A DNA stretch of 63,353 nt, filler included, from Octopus bimaculoides (lineage: Eukaryota), in the NCBI RefSeq assembly GCF_001194135.2. It is 5 parts of 4 records of this genome, joined end to end, with 100 filler letters (N's around TTAATTAATTAA, not from the genome) between each part and the next. Parts side by side here need not be neighbours in the genome. Positions count along the whole stretch, not along the records: positions 1 to 31,246 come from NC_068984.1; 4 more parts are not named here. The stretch is one strand, 5' to 3'. Numbering within the stretch: the first letter of the stretch is position 1; each line of letters begins with the position of its first letter. Below the pieces are notes generated by a model. It was not told the DNA's origin and did not search any database. It saw only the letters and a list, made by a program, of their open reading frames with translations. Made by a program: the position numbers and the translations under genes. Of this stretch, positions 13,457 through 26,829 are shown piece after piece.

Positions 13457-13929
13457 TATGTATGCATATATGTCAGTGTGTGTGTGTGTATACATGAACA
13501 AACACGCATACACACACTTCCAACAACATCACTATGTTTGGCCTGATACAGGATTTTCTGTGAGGATATTTTGACTTGATGTCAGCCATGACAGAAAATG
13601 GCGACAGATGTGAAGAATTCTAAAAACGAAAAAATGGCGATTTAATGAAACGGATATACAATGCAAAATGGAGGAAATAGGTGCTGGAGTGGGTTCGGCT
13701 GTTAATGGTGTTTGTGGTGGTAATGGTGATGACGGTGGTGGTGGTGGTGATGATGGTGCTGGTGGTTGCGGTGGTGGAGGTGTTTAAATGGTCATTTTGA
13801 TGATGAAAATACAGGGAAGGGGCCGGAAGTAGCAGAGTGCAAATGGCTTGGTGTCGCTCGGAACACGTGATGTGTTGAGCAGAGCAGGAAGTATGTTCCG
13901 GGTGCACAGAAAGTTGAGATTTCAACGGA

Positions 13930-14065
13930 TGATGATGATGATGATGATGATGATGACGACGACGACGACGACGACGACGACAATGATGATAATGATGACA
14001 ATGATGACGATGATGACGATGATAACAACGGCGATGATGATAAAGATGATGATGATGACGACGAC

Positions 14066-14121
<56 letters not shown>

Positions 14122-14171
14122 CGATGATAACAACGGCGATGATGATAAAGATGATGATGACGACGACGATT

Positions 14172-14221
<50 letters not shown>

Positions 14222-14222
14222 G
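13930..14222. repeat. (GAT/GAC)n tract with internal duplication
   Basis: Directly visible. Confidence 0.95.
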
Positions 14223-15007
14223 TTGTTCACTGTCCGTGGTGGTGGCAGTGATGGGGGTTGATGGTTTTAGTGGTACCGCTAATAGCAATCATAGTGTTGC
14301 TGATAGGATNNNNNNNNNNNNNNNNNNNNNNNNNNNNNNNNNNNNNNNNNNNNNNNNNNNNNNNNNNNNNNNNNNNNNNNNNNNNNNNNNNNNNNNNNNN
14401 NNNNNNNNNNNNNNNNNNNNNNNNNNNNNNNNNNNNNNNNNNNNNNNNNNNNNNNNNNNNNNNNNNNNNNNNNNNNNNNNNNNNNNNNNNNNNNNNNNNN
14501 NNNNNNNNNNNNNNNNNNNNNNNNNNNNNNNNNNNNNNNNNNNNNNNNNNNNNNNNNNNNNNNNNNNNNNNNNNNNNNNNNNNNNNNNNNNNNNNNNNNN
14601 NNNNNNNNNNNNNNNNNNNNNNNNNNNNNNNNNNNNNNNNNNNNNNNNNNNNNNNNNNNNNNNNNNNNNNNNNNNNNNNNNNNNNNNNNNNNNNNNNNNN
14701 NNNNNNNNNNNNNNNNNNNNNNNNNNNNNNNNNNNNNNNNNNNNNNNNNNNNNNNNNNNNNNNNNNNNNNNNNNNNNNNNNNNNNNNNNNNNNNNNNNNN
14801 NNNNNNNNNNNNNNNNNNNNNNNNNNNNNNNNNNNNGAGAGAGAGAGAGAAAGTGTAGGAGAGAGAGAGAGAAAGTGTAGGAGAGAGAAAAGCAGAGAAT
14901 GAGAGAAGAAAGAGCGAGGGTGGTGAGAAAGCTGGGGGAAGGGGTGGGGAAGGAGTTGATGACTATAAAGTAGGAAAGGGAAGCTGCCTGCTTATGTGTA
15001 TGCCCAC

Positions 15008-15041
<34 letters not shown>

Positions 15042-15810
15042 GTATGTATGTGTGTGTGTGTGTGTATGTGTGGCGTGTGTGTTTGTGTGTGTGTGTATGT
15101 GTTTGCGCGCGGGTTGAGTATGGTGTGTTTGTGTGTTTATGTTTGTGTTTGTGCGTATGATGTGTTTAGATAGAAACTTGAATACGTGTTGTGTGTGTGT
15201 GTGTGTGTGTATTGAGTTATTTATGTGAATGCGTGTAAGTAAATGCGTATGTATGTGTGTACGTGTGTTTATGTATATGGATGTGTGTGTATGCACACGT
15301 ATGTTTATATACGTTTCCCACTATATACATCCATCACTGTGTCAGTGTGTATACGATGCTGTACTGTGTATATACATGTGTGTATAACCACGTATGTATG
15401 TCTATGAATCCGTGTGTATGCTTGTGTATAAGAAGTCGTATGTGTGAGTATGAGTGTTCGTATGCATGCTTATGTATGTATGTATGTATGTATATGTATG
15501 TGTGTATGTATGTATGCATGTTTATGCATGTATGTATGTATGTATGTATGTATATGAGTGAATGTAGGAGTCGCGGAAGTGTGCCTAGGCGTGCAGTCAT
15601 GCCATTGCAGTGACATCACGTGAGTTTGTCCGAGGACAGGGGTGGCACTGGGGGTGGGGGTCGCGGGTGTCAAGAGGAGGATCAGATGTAACAGTGAGGA
15701 GGAAAGGGTCTGCGCGAAGCGGGAAGGACATTCCTGGCAGACAGGTGGCCGTTTTGGCCAAGAGAAGAATGGTACACTGCCTTGCATCTGACTCATCTCT
15801 CCTCTCACTC

Positions 15811-15877
<67 letters not shown>

Positions 15878-16175
15878 TTCTCTCCTTCTCTCTTTTTCCT
15901 TCTCAATCCTCTCTTTCTTTCTCAGTGTTAAAGACCCAATCACTCAATTTAGGGAATATTTTTGTGTGTGCGTTGGTGTGAGTGTGTATGTGTATGAATA
16001 TATATATATATATGTGTGTATGTATATATACACACACATGTCCGTGTACATATACATATCTGAATATATATGTACATACATAATGTATGTATGTATGTAT
16101 GTATGTGTCTGTATATGTATGCATCTAAGTATAAGCAATTGTACGTACAGTATTTGTATATTGGCTTAGAGAGGC

Positions 16176-16312
16176 AGAAGAAGAAGAAGAAGAAGAAGAA
16201 GAAGAAGAAGAAGAAGAAGAAGAAGAAGAAGAAGAAGAAGAAGAAGAAGAAGAAGAAGAAGAAGAAGAAGAAGAAGAAGAAGAAGAAGAAAATGAAGAAG
16301 AAGAAGAAGAAG
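16176..16312. repeat. (GAA)n microsatellite
   Basis: Directly visible. Confidence 0.98.
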
Positions 16313-16382
16313 ATAACGACAAAACCAACAACACTTTACCACGTATAGACAGGAGTCCTGAGAGAATGTAGTTGGACTCTAT

Positions 16383-16740
16383 ATAGGCGCGGGAGTGGCT
16401 GTGCGGTAAGTTGCTTGCTTACCAACCACATGGTCCCGGGTTCAGTCCCACTGTGTGGCACCTTGGGCAAGTGTCTTCTACTATAGCCTCGGGCCGACCA
16501 AAGCCTTGTGAGTGGATATGTATATGTATGTGTGTGTATGTTTGTCTCCCTAGCATCGCTTGACAACCGATGCTGGTGTGTTTGCGTCCCCGTCAATTAG
16601 TGGTTCGGCAGAAGAGACCGATAGAATAAGTACTAGGCTTTAGAAAGAATAAGCTCTGGAGTCGATTTGCTCGACTATAAAGGCGGTGCTCCAGCATGGC
16701 CGCAGTGAAATGACTGAAACAAGTAAAAGAGTAAAAGAGT
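16383..16740 (+). mobile_element. tRNA-derived SINE family A (near full length)
   Basis: A/B boxes (tggctgtgcgg; gggttcagtccc), core ccttgggcaagtgtcttctactatagcc, internal (TG)n, 3' gtcgatttgctcgactataaaggcggtgctccagcatggcc, (AAAGAGT) tail. Confidence 0.9.
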
Positions 16741-16967
16741 AAGAAAATACAGGTTGGTCATGGATAGATTCTTTTTTTTATCCCGAATCTGCTTGATCAA
16801 GATTGAAATGAATTTAAACAGGCACAACATAGAAAAAAGAACCTCTTGAAAGAAACAGCAGGAATTTTCTCGAAATAATACTACTACTTCTATAAAGTAT
16901 CTGCGAGGCACTCCGTCGTTCACGACGAAACGGTTTTCAGTTGATCCGATCAACGGAACAGTCGGCT

Positions 16968-17050
16968 CTTGACCATGACAAAGAAAGTTGAGCAGAGAAT
17001 TTGCATCAAATTTTACCAAAAGCTTGGCGATACCTGCTTAGAGGCCTTTA
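16968..17050 (+). mobile_element. Short mariner N-terminal fragment in opposite orientation
   Basis: ATG at 16975: MTKKVEQRICIKFYQKLGDTCLEA. Confidence 0.8.
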
Positions 17051-17059
17051 TCAAAAATT

Positions 17060-17654
17060 TTTCATAGTTCTCGATCTTGTGCAACTGAATCTCGAGTGTC
17101 TTCTTGGTCAGGTGAAAGCGTTTTTGGCACAGACTTAGCAGACACGCGTCTCATACCCAAATCTTCAGTGATAATGGACTGAACTGAACCGTAACTAATC
17201 TGCACATCCTCTGATAACTCACGGATGGTGATTCGACGATTTCCTCTCACTGCTCCACGCACATCTGCGATGTTTTTCTCAGTTCTGCTGGTTGCGGGTC
17301 TCCTAGAACGTTCGTCAATATCGACATTTTTTTGTCCCTCTTGGAAACGTCTGAACCACTCATACACTTGTGTGCAACTTATACACTCCTCTCCATACAC
17401 TTTCTGCAACTTTGCATTGGTCACTGAGCAGGTATCGCCATGACAACTTTCTCTGTCATGGTCAATGCGACGATCACACGGTACACACGTTCCTTCGTAG
17501 CATTGCTGTAAACAGCGGAAGTAAGCTACAACGTTAAAACTTACTGCGCATGCACAACAGAGTTCAGGTCAATCTTTGCCAAGCAGCTTCACTCTGCGTG
17601 CTTTAGCCTCGTTACTATGGCAACAGCCCGGATACTTTTTGATCAGACCTTGCA
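17060..17654 (-). mobile_element. Mariner 5' half with left TIR (defective)
   Basis: LQKVYGEEC...VYEWFRRFQEG...DERSRRP...ITIRELSEDVQISYGSVQSIITEDLGMRRVSAKSVPK; TIR-like aggtctgatcaaaaagtatccg at ~17629-17650. Confidence 0.92.
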
Positions 17655-17749
17655 CTAACAAACCTCTCTACTATACGCTGGCATTGTTAATAATGGTGGC
17701 GTTGGTGGCGCTGCTGTTTCTAAAGATTTTACAACAGTCATATAGACTG

Positions 17750-18061
17750 GGACTCCGTCGAGAGTTTTAGTTGATCCGATCAACAGAACAGCCTGCTCAG
17801 GAAATTAACGCGGAAGTGGCTGAGCACTCCACAGACACGTTTGTAACTCTTAACGTATTTGTCAGGGAGGTTCAGCGTGAAACAGAATGCAACAAGGCTG
17901 GCCCTTTTGAATTACAGGTACCATTCATATTTGCCAGGTGAGTGGAGCGGAACAACGCGAAATAAAGTGTTATGCTCAAGGACACAACGCCTCCCACCAC
18001 CTCCGGGAATCGAACTCACGACTTTACGATCGAGAGCTGAATACTCTAACCACTAAGCCAA
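17750..18061 (-). mobile_element. tRNA-derived SINE family C; partial copies at ~16895-16968(-), 61030-61190(+), 61925-62040(+)
   Basis: A box tggcttagtgg, B box gagttcgattccc, gttgtgtccttgagc core, 3' gcaggctgttctgttgatcggatcaact. Confidence 0.85.
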
Positions 18062-18299
18062 GTGCCTACACAAAAGTCGTATACACTTGCTAATCTCTTT
18101 CTTTTCTTCCCTTTCCTCTTTCTTTCGTTTTTCTTTCTTTTTGTCTCATTCTTTAAATTATTCCACGTCAGCCATTTTGTGTCTTCGGTCGTTTTTTTTT
18201 ATAGTCATTTTTTGTCCACCGATCTTCGCTTCACAACCACCACCACCACCAGCAGCAGCAGCATAACTACTACCACACAACATCAACATCAACAGCATC

Positions 18300-18683
18300 A
18301 CCATCGTCACCTATCACCATAAGCAGAAGCAGAGGCAACAACAGCATAAACAGCAACCACTACCGTCATCATCATCACAATCATCATCATCACCACCATC
18401 ACCATCACCATCAGCGTCATCGCCATCACCATCATCACCATCACCTCCAACATCATCACCATCATCATCATCATCATCATCGCCGTCATCACCATCGCCT
18501 TCATTATCAACAGCAGCAGCACAACAACCATCGCCACCACCACCACCACCACCACCACCAACCTCCTTCTCCTCCTCCTCCTCCTCCTCCTCCTCCTCAT
18601 CNNNNNNNNNNNNNNNNNNNNNNNNNNNNNNNNNNNNNNNNNNNNNNNNNNNNNNNNNNNNNNNNNNNNNNNNNNNNNNCATC

Positions 18684-18751
<68 letters not shown>

Positions 18752-18830
18752 CATCACCATCACCTTCATCATCAACAGCAGCAGCACAACGACCACCACC
18801 ATCACCCTCATCTCGACCATTATCACCCCA
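18300..18830. repeat. (CAT/CAC/CCT)n tract spanning a gap
   Basis: Directly visible. Confidence 0.92.
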
Positions 18831-19159
18831 CCCCACCCACTTCTGCCATCCACATCATTAATAAGCCTGCATCATAATTCGCGTTGTTACTGTTGTTGCT
18901 GTTATTGGTGCTGTCCTTAATTATTTCTTCTTGTTAATAGTGTTGTTGTTGTTGTTGTTGTTCTTCTTCTTCTTCTTCTTCTTCTTCTTCTTCTTCTTCT
19001 TCTCTATGTTAATATCATTGGCGGTGCAGCTTCAGCGTTGACGCTGCCGTCTCGTCTTCTTCCTCTTTGTTGATGCTGCTGCTTCTGCTGCTGTTGATGT
19101 CGCAGCCGACACCTCTACCGCTGTTCATCTTTTAAATTATCCCTGTAGTTCGGTTCTCT

Positions 19160-19304
19160 TATCTAATCATCATCATCATCACCATCATCGTCATCATCAT
19201 CATCATTATTACTATTATTATTATTAGTATTATTATTATTGTTGTTATTGTTATTATTATTATTATTGTTATTATTATTATTATTTTTATTATTATTATT
19301 ATTA

Positions 19305-19383
<79 letters not shown>

Positions 19384-19450
19384 CATCATCATTATTATTA
19401 TTATTATTATTACTTTTATTATTATTTTTATTATTATTTTTATTATTATT

Positions 19451-19484
<34 letters not shown>

Positions 19485-19516
19485 CTATTATTATTTTATT
19501 GTTATTGTTAATATTN
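19160..19516. repeat. (TTA/TCA)n tract
   Basis: Directly visible. Confidence 0.96.
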
Positions 19517-22500
19517 NNNNNNNNNNNNNNNNNNNNNNNNNNNNNNNNNNNNNNNNNNNNNNNNNNNNNNNNNNNNNNNNNNNNNNNNNNNNNNNNNNNN
19601 NNNNNNNNNNNNNNNNNNNNNNNNNNNNNNNNNNNNNNNNNNNNNNNNNNNNNNNNNNNNNNNNNNNNNNNNNNNNNNNNNNNNNNNNNNNNNNNNNNNN
19701 NNNNNNNNNNNNNNNNNNNNNNNNNNNNNNNNNNNNNNNNNNNNNNNNNNNNNNNNNNNNNNNNNNNNNNNNNNNNNNNNNNNNNNNNNNNNNNNNNNNN
19801 NNNNNNNNNNNNNNNNNNNNNNNNNNNNNNNNNNNNNNNNNNNNNNNNNNNNNNNNNNNNNNNNNNNNNNNNNNNNNNNNNNNNNNNNNNNNNNNNNNNN
19901 NNNNNNNNNNNNNNNNNNNNNNNNNNNNNNNNNNNNNNNNNNNNNNNNNNNNNNNNNNNNNNNNNNNNNNNNNNNNNNNNNNNNNNNNNNNNNNNNNNNN
20001 NNNNNNNNNNNNNNNNNNNNNNNNNNNNNNNNNNNNNNNNNNNNNNNNNNNNNNNNNNNNNNNNNNNNNNNNNNNNNNNNNNNNNNNNNNNNNNNNNNNN
20101 NNNNNNNNNNNNNNNNNNNNNNNNNNNNNNNNNNNNNCTCGGAGACGGTATTGTCTCAAAAAAGGTTTGCTACTCCAATACAGACCTTCGAATAGAATAA
20201 AGGAGTGATGGCAGAGAAATCTGGTTTTACACAGAATGTTGTCCTAACACACCAAAGATATAATAACACAACATAGGTGTGCTGAAAAAACATCAGAGGT
20301 ATTGAACGTAAAATGTCTGATAACAAAAAGGTTTGCTAAAAAATTAATGTCTGCTAAAAAAATGTTTAACGAAAATGTTCTGCTAAAACAACAATGGTCT
20401 GATAACCAAATGAAAGAACAAAAATTCTTCTAGCACTGCAAAAGTTTGCTAACATAGATGTTTTAAAGACAAGAAGATCTCACACAAAATGTCTTCTAGA
20501 AAATGGAAGGAGGGGCTAACGTTCTAGAAGTCTGCCAAAGATACAAATACTTATAAAACATCTCAGCTAACACAAAATTTTGTGCTAATACAGCGAACCT
20601 CTGCTAACTTTATAAGGGACTTCTGACGAAATGAAGAAAGGGCTAACAGAACAACATAGATTATTTAACACAAAACATTCGCTAAACACAGTAAAGGTCT
20701 GCTCAAAAAAGGAAAGAAGGTTCTAACAGAACAAAGGTCTGTGAAACTCACAAACTGACGTATAGTTTACTTATAAACATACAAACGCAATAAAAGTCTT
20801 CTAGCATAATGGGGTTCCTATCAGAGCAAATTTCTTTTACTGCAAAGACTTTTTCTAACGGAGTAAAGTTCTACTAAGTCAACAAAAGTGTGCCGAAAAA
20901 AGGGTCTTAAAAGTAAAAGGCTGACTAATGAAACACTCGTCTGCTTAGGAAACGAATGTATTTTAACACACAAAGCTTTGCTAATATAACAAATTTCTAC
21001 TAACAAAAGAAAAGAGAAACAAACACAGCAAATGTCTCACAGAGAAACATTTTAATTTCAGCTAAAGAAATGAAAGACTTTTAAAACAAAAGATCCTAAC
21101 AACACAACAAATGTTTTTTATTACGTAAACTTCAACTGACACGCCAAAGATCATTAACAAAGCAAGAGAGGTAATAACACAGCAGTCTGTCAAAACATGA
21201 AGGTCTGTTAACAATAGAAATATTTGTTAAAGCAAATGTTGTTTAACCAAGGTATTCTGCCAACGCAACAGAGTTCTGATAATAACAGAAGAGTAGTGCC
21301 CACAGAGCAAAGGAGTCTTAACGCAATAAAGGATCACTGAAAAAAAGGGAGTTCTTTTAAAAGTAAAAAAGGACGCGGAAATAGAGAAAATATCTGCTAA
21401 CGAAACAATTATTGAAGCATAAAAAGTTACTGTGTCTCGGAAAATTTGTACCCGATCAAGAAAGGTATGTAAAAAAAATAGAAAGGATTTACTAAAACCT
21501 ACGAACAAAAAGGAACACCTGGAAACAAAACAAATGTCTACTAAGAGATCCATTGACTCTTAATTTATTGTGAAACAGTAAAGGTTTTCAGACATAACAA
21601 AAGTCTGCTAAACAAACGAAATGTCTTTGAACACAAAAAGTTCTTCTGAGACAGAAAGTGACTCTTGACTTCAAAAAGGTGAGCTGACAGTATCAAACGT
21701 AGGGCTAAGAGTAAAAATTCCTTTTAATAACATGAGCATCTGCTACTTACGAATCAAATGTATTTTGACTGAAAAAAAATTGTGCTGACACAACAAATTT
21801 CTGCTGACAATGAAAAGAAAGACTAACAACGCAAAGGTCTGTCAAAACAAAATGAATTTCAGCAAAAGAAACGAAGGATTTTAAAACAAGAATTTCTACT
21901 AACATAATATGTCTTCTAAGAAAAACCTTTTGCTAACAGAGCAAAGGTCACCTAAGAGGCTAATAGAGCAGTCTTCCACAGAAGACAAGGTCTGCTAAGA
22001 AGGTTTCCTGACAAAACATGTCTTTTAGCAAAACGAATACTGCTAACGCATCTTTGGTTTCTTCAAAAAGTTCAGAGCTCTTAGACAAAGTATTATTAAT
22101 ACAAGAAATATTTGTTAACGAAGGAAGGCTCCCTGCAAAATAAAGGAAGTGAGAAGAAAGAAGTCTACTAAGCAAAATAAGAGTTTTAAATATACAGATT
22201 AATAACAGAGTAAAGTTCTGCGAACTCAACAAACGTAAGCTGAAACCACGTAAGAAGTAATAAAAGTCAAATGCCTACTAACAAAGTTATCTGCTAAAAA
22301 TAACTGTCTTCCAATTGACCAAACATCTCTTAAGGGAAAAACTTCTGCCAAATCAGGAAAGGTCTTCGGTCACAACAATCGTCCACTAAATAAATAAAAT
22401 ATTTTTTTGAATACAAAACGTTCTTATAACACAGAAAATGCCTACTAAAACAACAACGAAATTTTCTAATAACAAAAGAAAGGTGTGGTAAAAGAAAAAA

Positions 22501-23311
22501 AAGAGGTGCTAACAGGGGAAAGATATTCGAAGGACAGGATTTTATGCTTTCAAGACAACGATATGTTAAAACATTACTTACTGTAAACGCAGAAAATTAT
22601 AGCTAACACACGAAAGGTATTGAACAAAATAAATAACAGAACGAATGTATTTTAACACAAAAATTTCATCTGACACGTCAAATATCTGCTACCAAATGAA
22701 AGGAAGTTCCACAGAAACGAAGTTCTACGAAATACGCAACCATGCATTAATCAATGGTCTTTCAATGTAAAATTGTCTAAGAACAAAATATAGCTCTGCT
22801 AACACAGTATAGAAATTGAAACAGATTAATGGCGTTTTTTACAGATCAAATCACTTTTAGCGCATGTTCTTCAAACAATGCACAGTTGTGCCACGTCATC
22901 AAAGTTGTGCTAAAAGAGCGGGAGACGCTATCAATAAAAACGACGACGCATGCGAACAAATCAAACATCTGAACAAAAAAAAAAGAGTACTGTCAAACGA
23001 AATGCATTTAAGCACATTAGCTAACACAGACAAAATTCAGCTAACAAAACAAAGATGGGACAAACTGACCAAAGTCGGTCCAAAATTACAAATTGCCACT
23101 CAAGAAGCGAAAGACCTTTAACCCATCAAGCTCTACTAACAAAGCAAAATATATCTTTTAACACATAAAAATTTTCCAATAAACAAATAAATAAATGAAA
23201 TAAGGTGCAAACAGAGCAAAATTATCGAGGACATAAAGGTCTGCTAACATTAGAAATATTATTTACATTATTTACATTTGACGGACATTTGTCCTCATCT
23301 TGTTCGTTGTT

Positions 23312-23359
23312 AACACAACTTTTCGGCTGATATACCCTCCGGCCTTCCTCAGGTGTCTT
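23312..23359 (-). ncRNA. Minimal type I hammerhead ribozyme motif (probably inactivated copy)
   Basis: AAGACAC-CUGAGGA-A-GGCCG(loop)CAGCC-GAAA-A-GUU-GUGUU: core CUGANGA/GAAA, stem II with one mismatch, stem I GACAC/GUGUU; expected ACGU helix III palindrome reads AAGU. Confidence 0.6.
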
Positions 23360-23415
23360 GGGGGAAATTATGTTGTTGTTGTTATTATTATTATTATTAT
23401 TATTATCATTATTCA

Positions 23416-23488
23416 GGTCACTGCCTGGAAATGAACTCGGAATGTTGGGGTTAGTAGTCCGCGCTCTTAACCACTATGCCATATGCCC
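23416..23488 (-). ncRNA. tRNA-derived Pol III cassette inside the Penelope-like 3' region (not a functional tRNA)
   Basis: A box TGGCATAGTGG, B box GAGTTCATTTCC, arm GGACTACTAACCC resembling tRNA-Ser(GCT) GGACTGCTAATCC. Confidence 0.7.
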
Positions 23489-25049
23489 ATGAGCAATTAT
23501 GGAGTGAATTTTAGGGCTTATAAATCCAATATTTTACCATCCTTCCTTAATACCGGTTCCCATATGCTACTCATATCTGAACCAGGTCTGCTTAGGAGGT
23601 TATTATGTTCTAGCATGTGTGCTGCCTCTTCTAGTTTTCGTATTTCCCAGTGGTGTTCTGTCTATTATTTTAACTTCATCTCTCAGGGGGAGGTGGTATC
23701 CGTTTTTCTATACACGATCATATTTTCCAACACAACAAACGTCATTTTACAAACAAATCCTACTAATATGGAAAGTAGATTGATCGCAGACAAAACACAG
23801 CTAGCACAAGAAACGGTTGCTCTTCCATCAGGAAACAACAAAAGCAAACACAGAGAAAATGCTTGCAAGGGTTTAGTAAAAGGATAAAAGAGGGGTTAAC
23901 GAGGCAAAGTCTGCGAAAAACAAGATTTTATACTTTCAAGGCAATCTATGTGAAAACGGATATTTTAGTCCCGAAGTTATTTTAAACGCTGACGATTTCT
24001 AGTAAGGAAAGGTGTGCTAAAAGAATAGGAGGTGCTAACACTGAAGAGCCTTCGAGAAAAACAATCATCTCCCAGGAAAAAGGTGGCCTACTAAGAAAGA
24101 AAATGTATTTTAGTACAAGAATTCTGCTAATACAACAAATTCAATTAACAAAAGCAGACAGAGGATACTGAGCAAATTCGTCCAAAACTATAAATTACAA
24201 GTAAAGAAGAACTCGTTCAAGTCAATAAATTTTGCTAACAAAACAAATGCTTCTTAAGACAAGGAGATCTGTTAATACCGCAAAGATCACCAAGAAATAT
24301 GAGGTGCTGATGCAGCAATATCAGTGAAAATTGAAAGGTCTGCTACCAATATATATATTTACCAATACAATTCACTTTTAACAAACAACTTCTGCCAATG
24401 CAACTAAGGCCTGTTAAACTAGAAAGAATGTGCTCACAGGCAAACGACTGCTAACACCACAACTGAGTGGCAGCGAAAGAAAGAGGTGTTAGAATTTTTT
24501 GAAGTGGTGAAAAGTAATCTGGTAATGTAAACATAAAGTTTTTTCTAGCACAACAGTGTTCTATTCACTCAACAAAGGATGTATTAACAATAAAAAGGCC
24601 TAACTGACCAAACAGCTGCTAAGTAAGCAAAGGTCAACAAATAAGACAAATAATTTTAACACGAAAAGTTCTGCTGAAAAAGCAAATGTCTGCTGACAGA
24701 GCATAGGTCTACTAACCAACTTAAATCAATTTTAACACAAAATTTCTTTTGTTGTAAAGAATATCTACTAAGTAAAGAAATAAGGTGCTCACAGCAAAAG
24801 TCTGCGAAATACACAAGTGTATGCATAAATCCGCGGTCTTTTAGCACAAAATTTTCTACTACAATAATAAATCCCAGCTAACGCTATAAAAGTCTCCTAC
24901 CGGATGCTAACAGAGCAGATGTTTTTCAATACAGAAAATTCTTCTCACAACTTAAGAATGATGTGCTGAAAAAATTAAGGAGCTGCTCACAGAAAACAGG
25001 CTCACCAACAATATAATGACACGCGAACAACATAAATGTCTTCTAATGA

Positions 25050-25161
<112 letters not shown>

Positions 25162-26599
25162 GAATGTTTGCTAACACAGAAAACTTCAATTAACAAAAGA
25201 AAAGAGGAGCTAACAGCGCAAATGTCTGCCAAAGAAAGCAAAAAGAAATCTAACAGTGCGAAAATCTACTGACACAGCATTTGTATTAAATACAAAATGT
25301 TCTTCTAACAAAGCAAAGGTCTGCTAAGAAAAGATGGAAAATGCTAACAAGAAATGTTTACGAAAGACAGAAATATATTTTTCCATGGCAAATGTATTTT
25401 AACATAAAATGCTCTGTTTTCCCTGCAAATGTCAATAACAAAAGAAAACAGCGACTAACAGAGATAAATTCTACCCCTACAAAAAATGTATTTGCTAACA
25501 ATACTCATATTTGTTAATGTAACAAATTCTGCTAAGGCAATAAAATTTTGCTAAAGAAAGAGGAAGGTTTTCACAGAGCAATGAATTGTTGCCATAACAA
25601 ATGTTTCTTGTCAAAATCAAATTCTGTTAAAATGAAAATGAAGGTGAAATCAGAGAAAATATCTTCTGATAAAAAGTAAGCTCTGGAAATACGAAAAGTC
25701 CTTCTAACGTAGGAAACGTCTGTTAAAAGAACGGCAAAGGAGGAACTAAAAGAGTAAAGAACTGCAGAAGACACAAATTCATACTAACCACACAACATTA
25801 ATTTAACACAATATTTTCTGCAAGCATAGCGATGGCTTGGTAAACACTACAAAGATTTTCTTAGAAAATAAACGAAGCGCTAAAAAGACGTCTTTTACAC
25901 AAGAAGCTCTTCTGTCGCAACGTTCTGCCAACACGACTAAGCTTTTAAGCGCAAGACTTTCAACTCAGATATGTGTTAACGCAGTAAATATCTTTTAAAG
26001 GGTAATTTCGTCTAACGAAACCGTCTGCAACCAAAGGTAAACGTCTGCAAAAGACAAAGAAAAATATGCTTACAAACAACGGTCTTTTAAAAACAAAGGT
26101 CTTGTAACAGCATAAAAAAGGTGCTAACAGTGTTAAATGAAGTGCTAACATCTTTTAAAACAAAAAGTTAAAACATGGTAATGGTCTGCAAGAAGAAAAC
26201 GATGTTACAAAAGAGTGGGATAGTATTGCTGTACATTATCGATTTTGCGGTCCTGTTAACATCTTGTCGGCAATTCTCACGAAATCTGAAGTTGCATAAT
26301 CGTTGTTGGTTTATAGTATACCTCTTTGTTTCATTCAACTCTGCAGAATTATAATTTCTGTTACAACCTAAATTGTTAACAGCTAAATAACTGACCCTAA
26401 CAAAGTTCCCATTTAATATCTTACTATATTTTTGCTCTGGGAGAAAATGGCTGTCTATTTAGTTAAGTTGTATTACGATGTCAATATTGTGTTGTATCAT
26501 GTTTCTTTACGTCTTGTACTGGGCGTTCCCAGTTTTCTTACTACATAATCTTATCGTTTATGTGTCTGTCTATCAATCCATGTACCAGACTATCAATCT

Positions 26600-26738
26600 A
26601 GTTATTTCTATCTATCTATCTATCAATCAATCTATCTGTCTGTCTGTTTATCCATTTATTTATCTATCTGTCTGTTTATCTATTTATCTATCTGTCTAGT
26701 TATTCAGTCAATCAATCAATCAATCAATCAATCAGTCA

Positions 26739-26769
<31 letters not shown>

Positions 26770-26786
26770 NNNNNNNNNNNNNNNNN

Positions 26787-26829
<43 letters not shown>

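Larger units (their letters stand above)
23261..23719 (-). mobile_element. 3' fragment of Penelope-like retroelement (GIY-YIG C-terminus, tRNA-like cassette, hammerhead motif)
   Basis: NGYHLPLRDEVKIIDR/EHHWEIRKLEEAAHMLEHNNLLSRPGSDMSSIWEPVLRK* (stop 23518-23520); flanked by ATATT at 23256-23260 and 23720-23724. Confidence 0.8.

Noticed and set aside
23416-23488. Functional tRNA gene
   Set aside because: Acceptor stem does not close, B box is mutated, there is no poly-T terminator, and it is embedded in a retroelement
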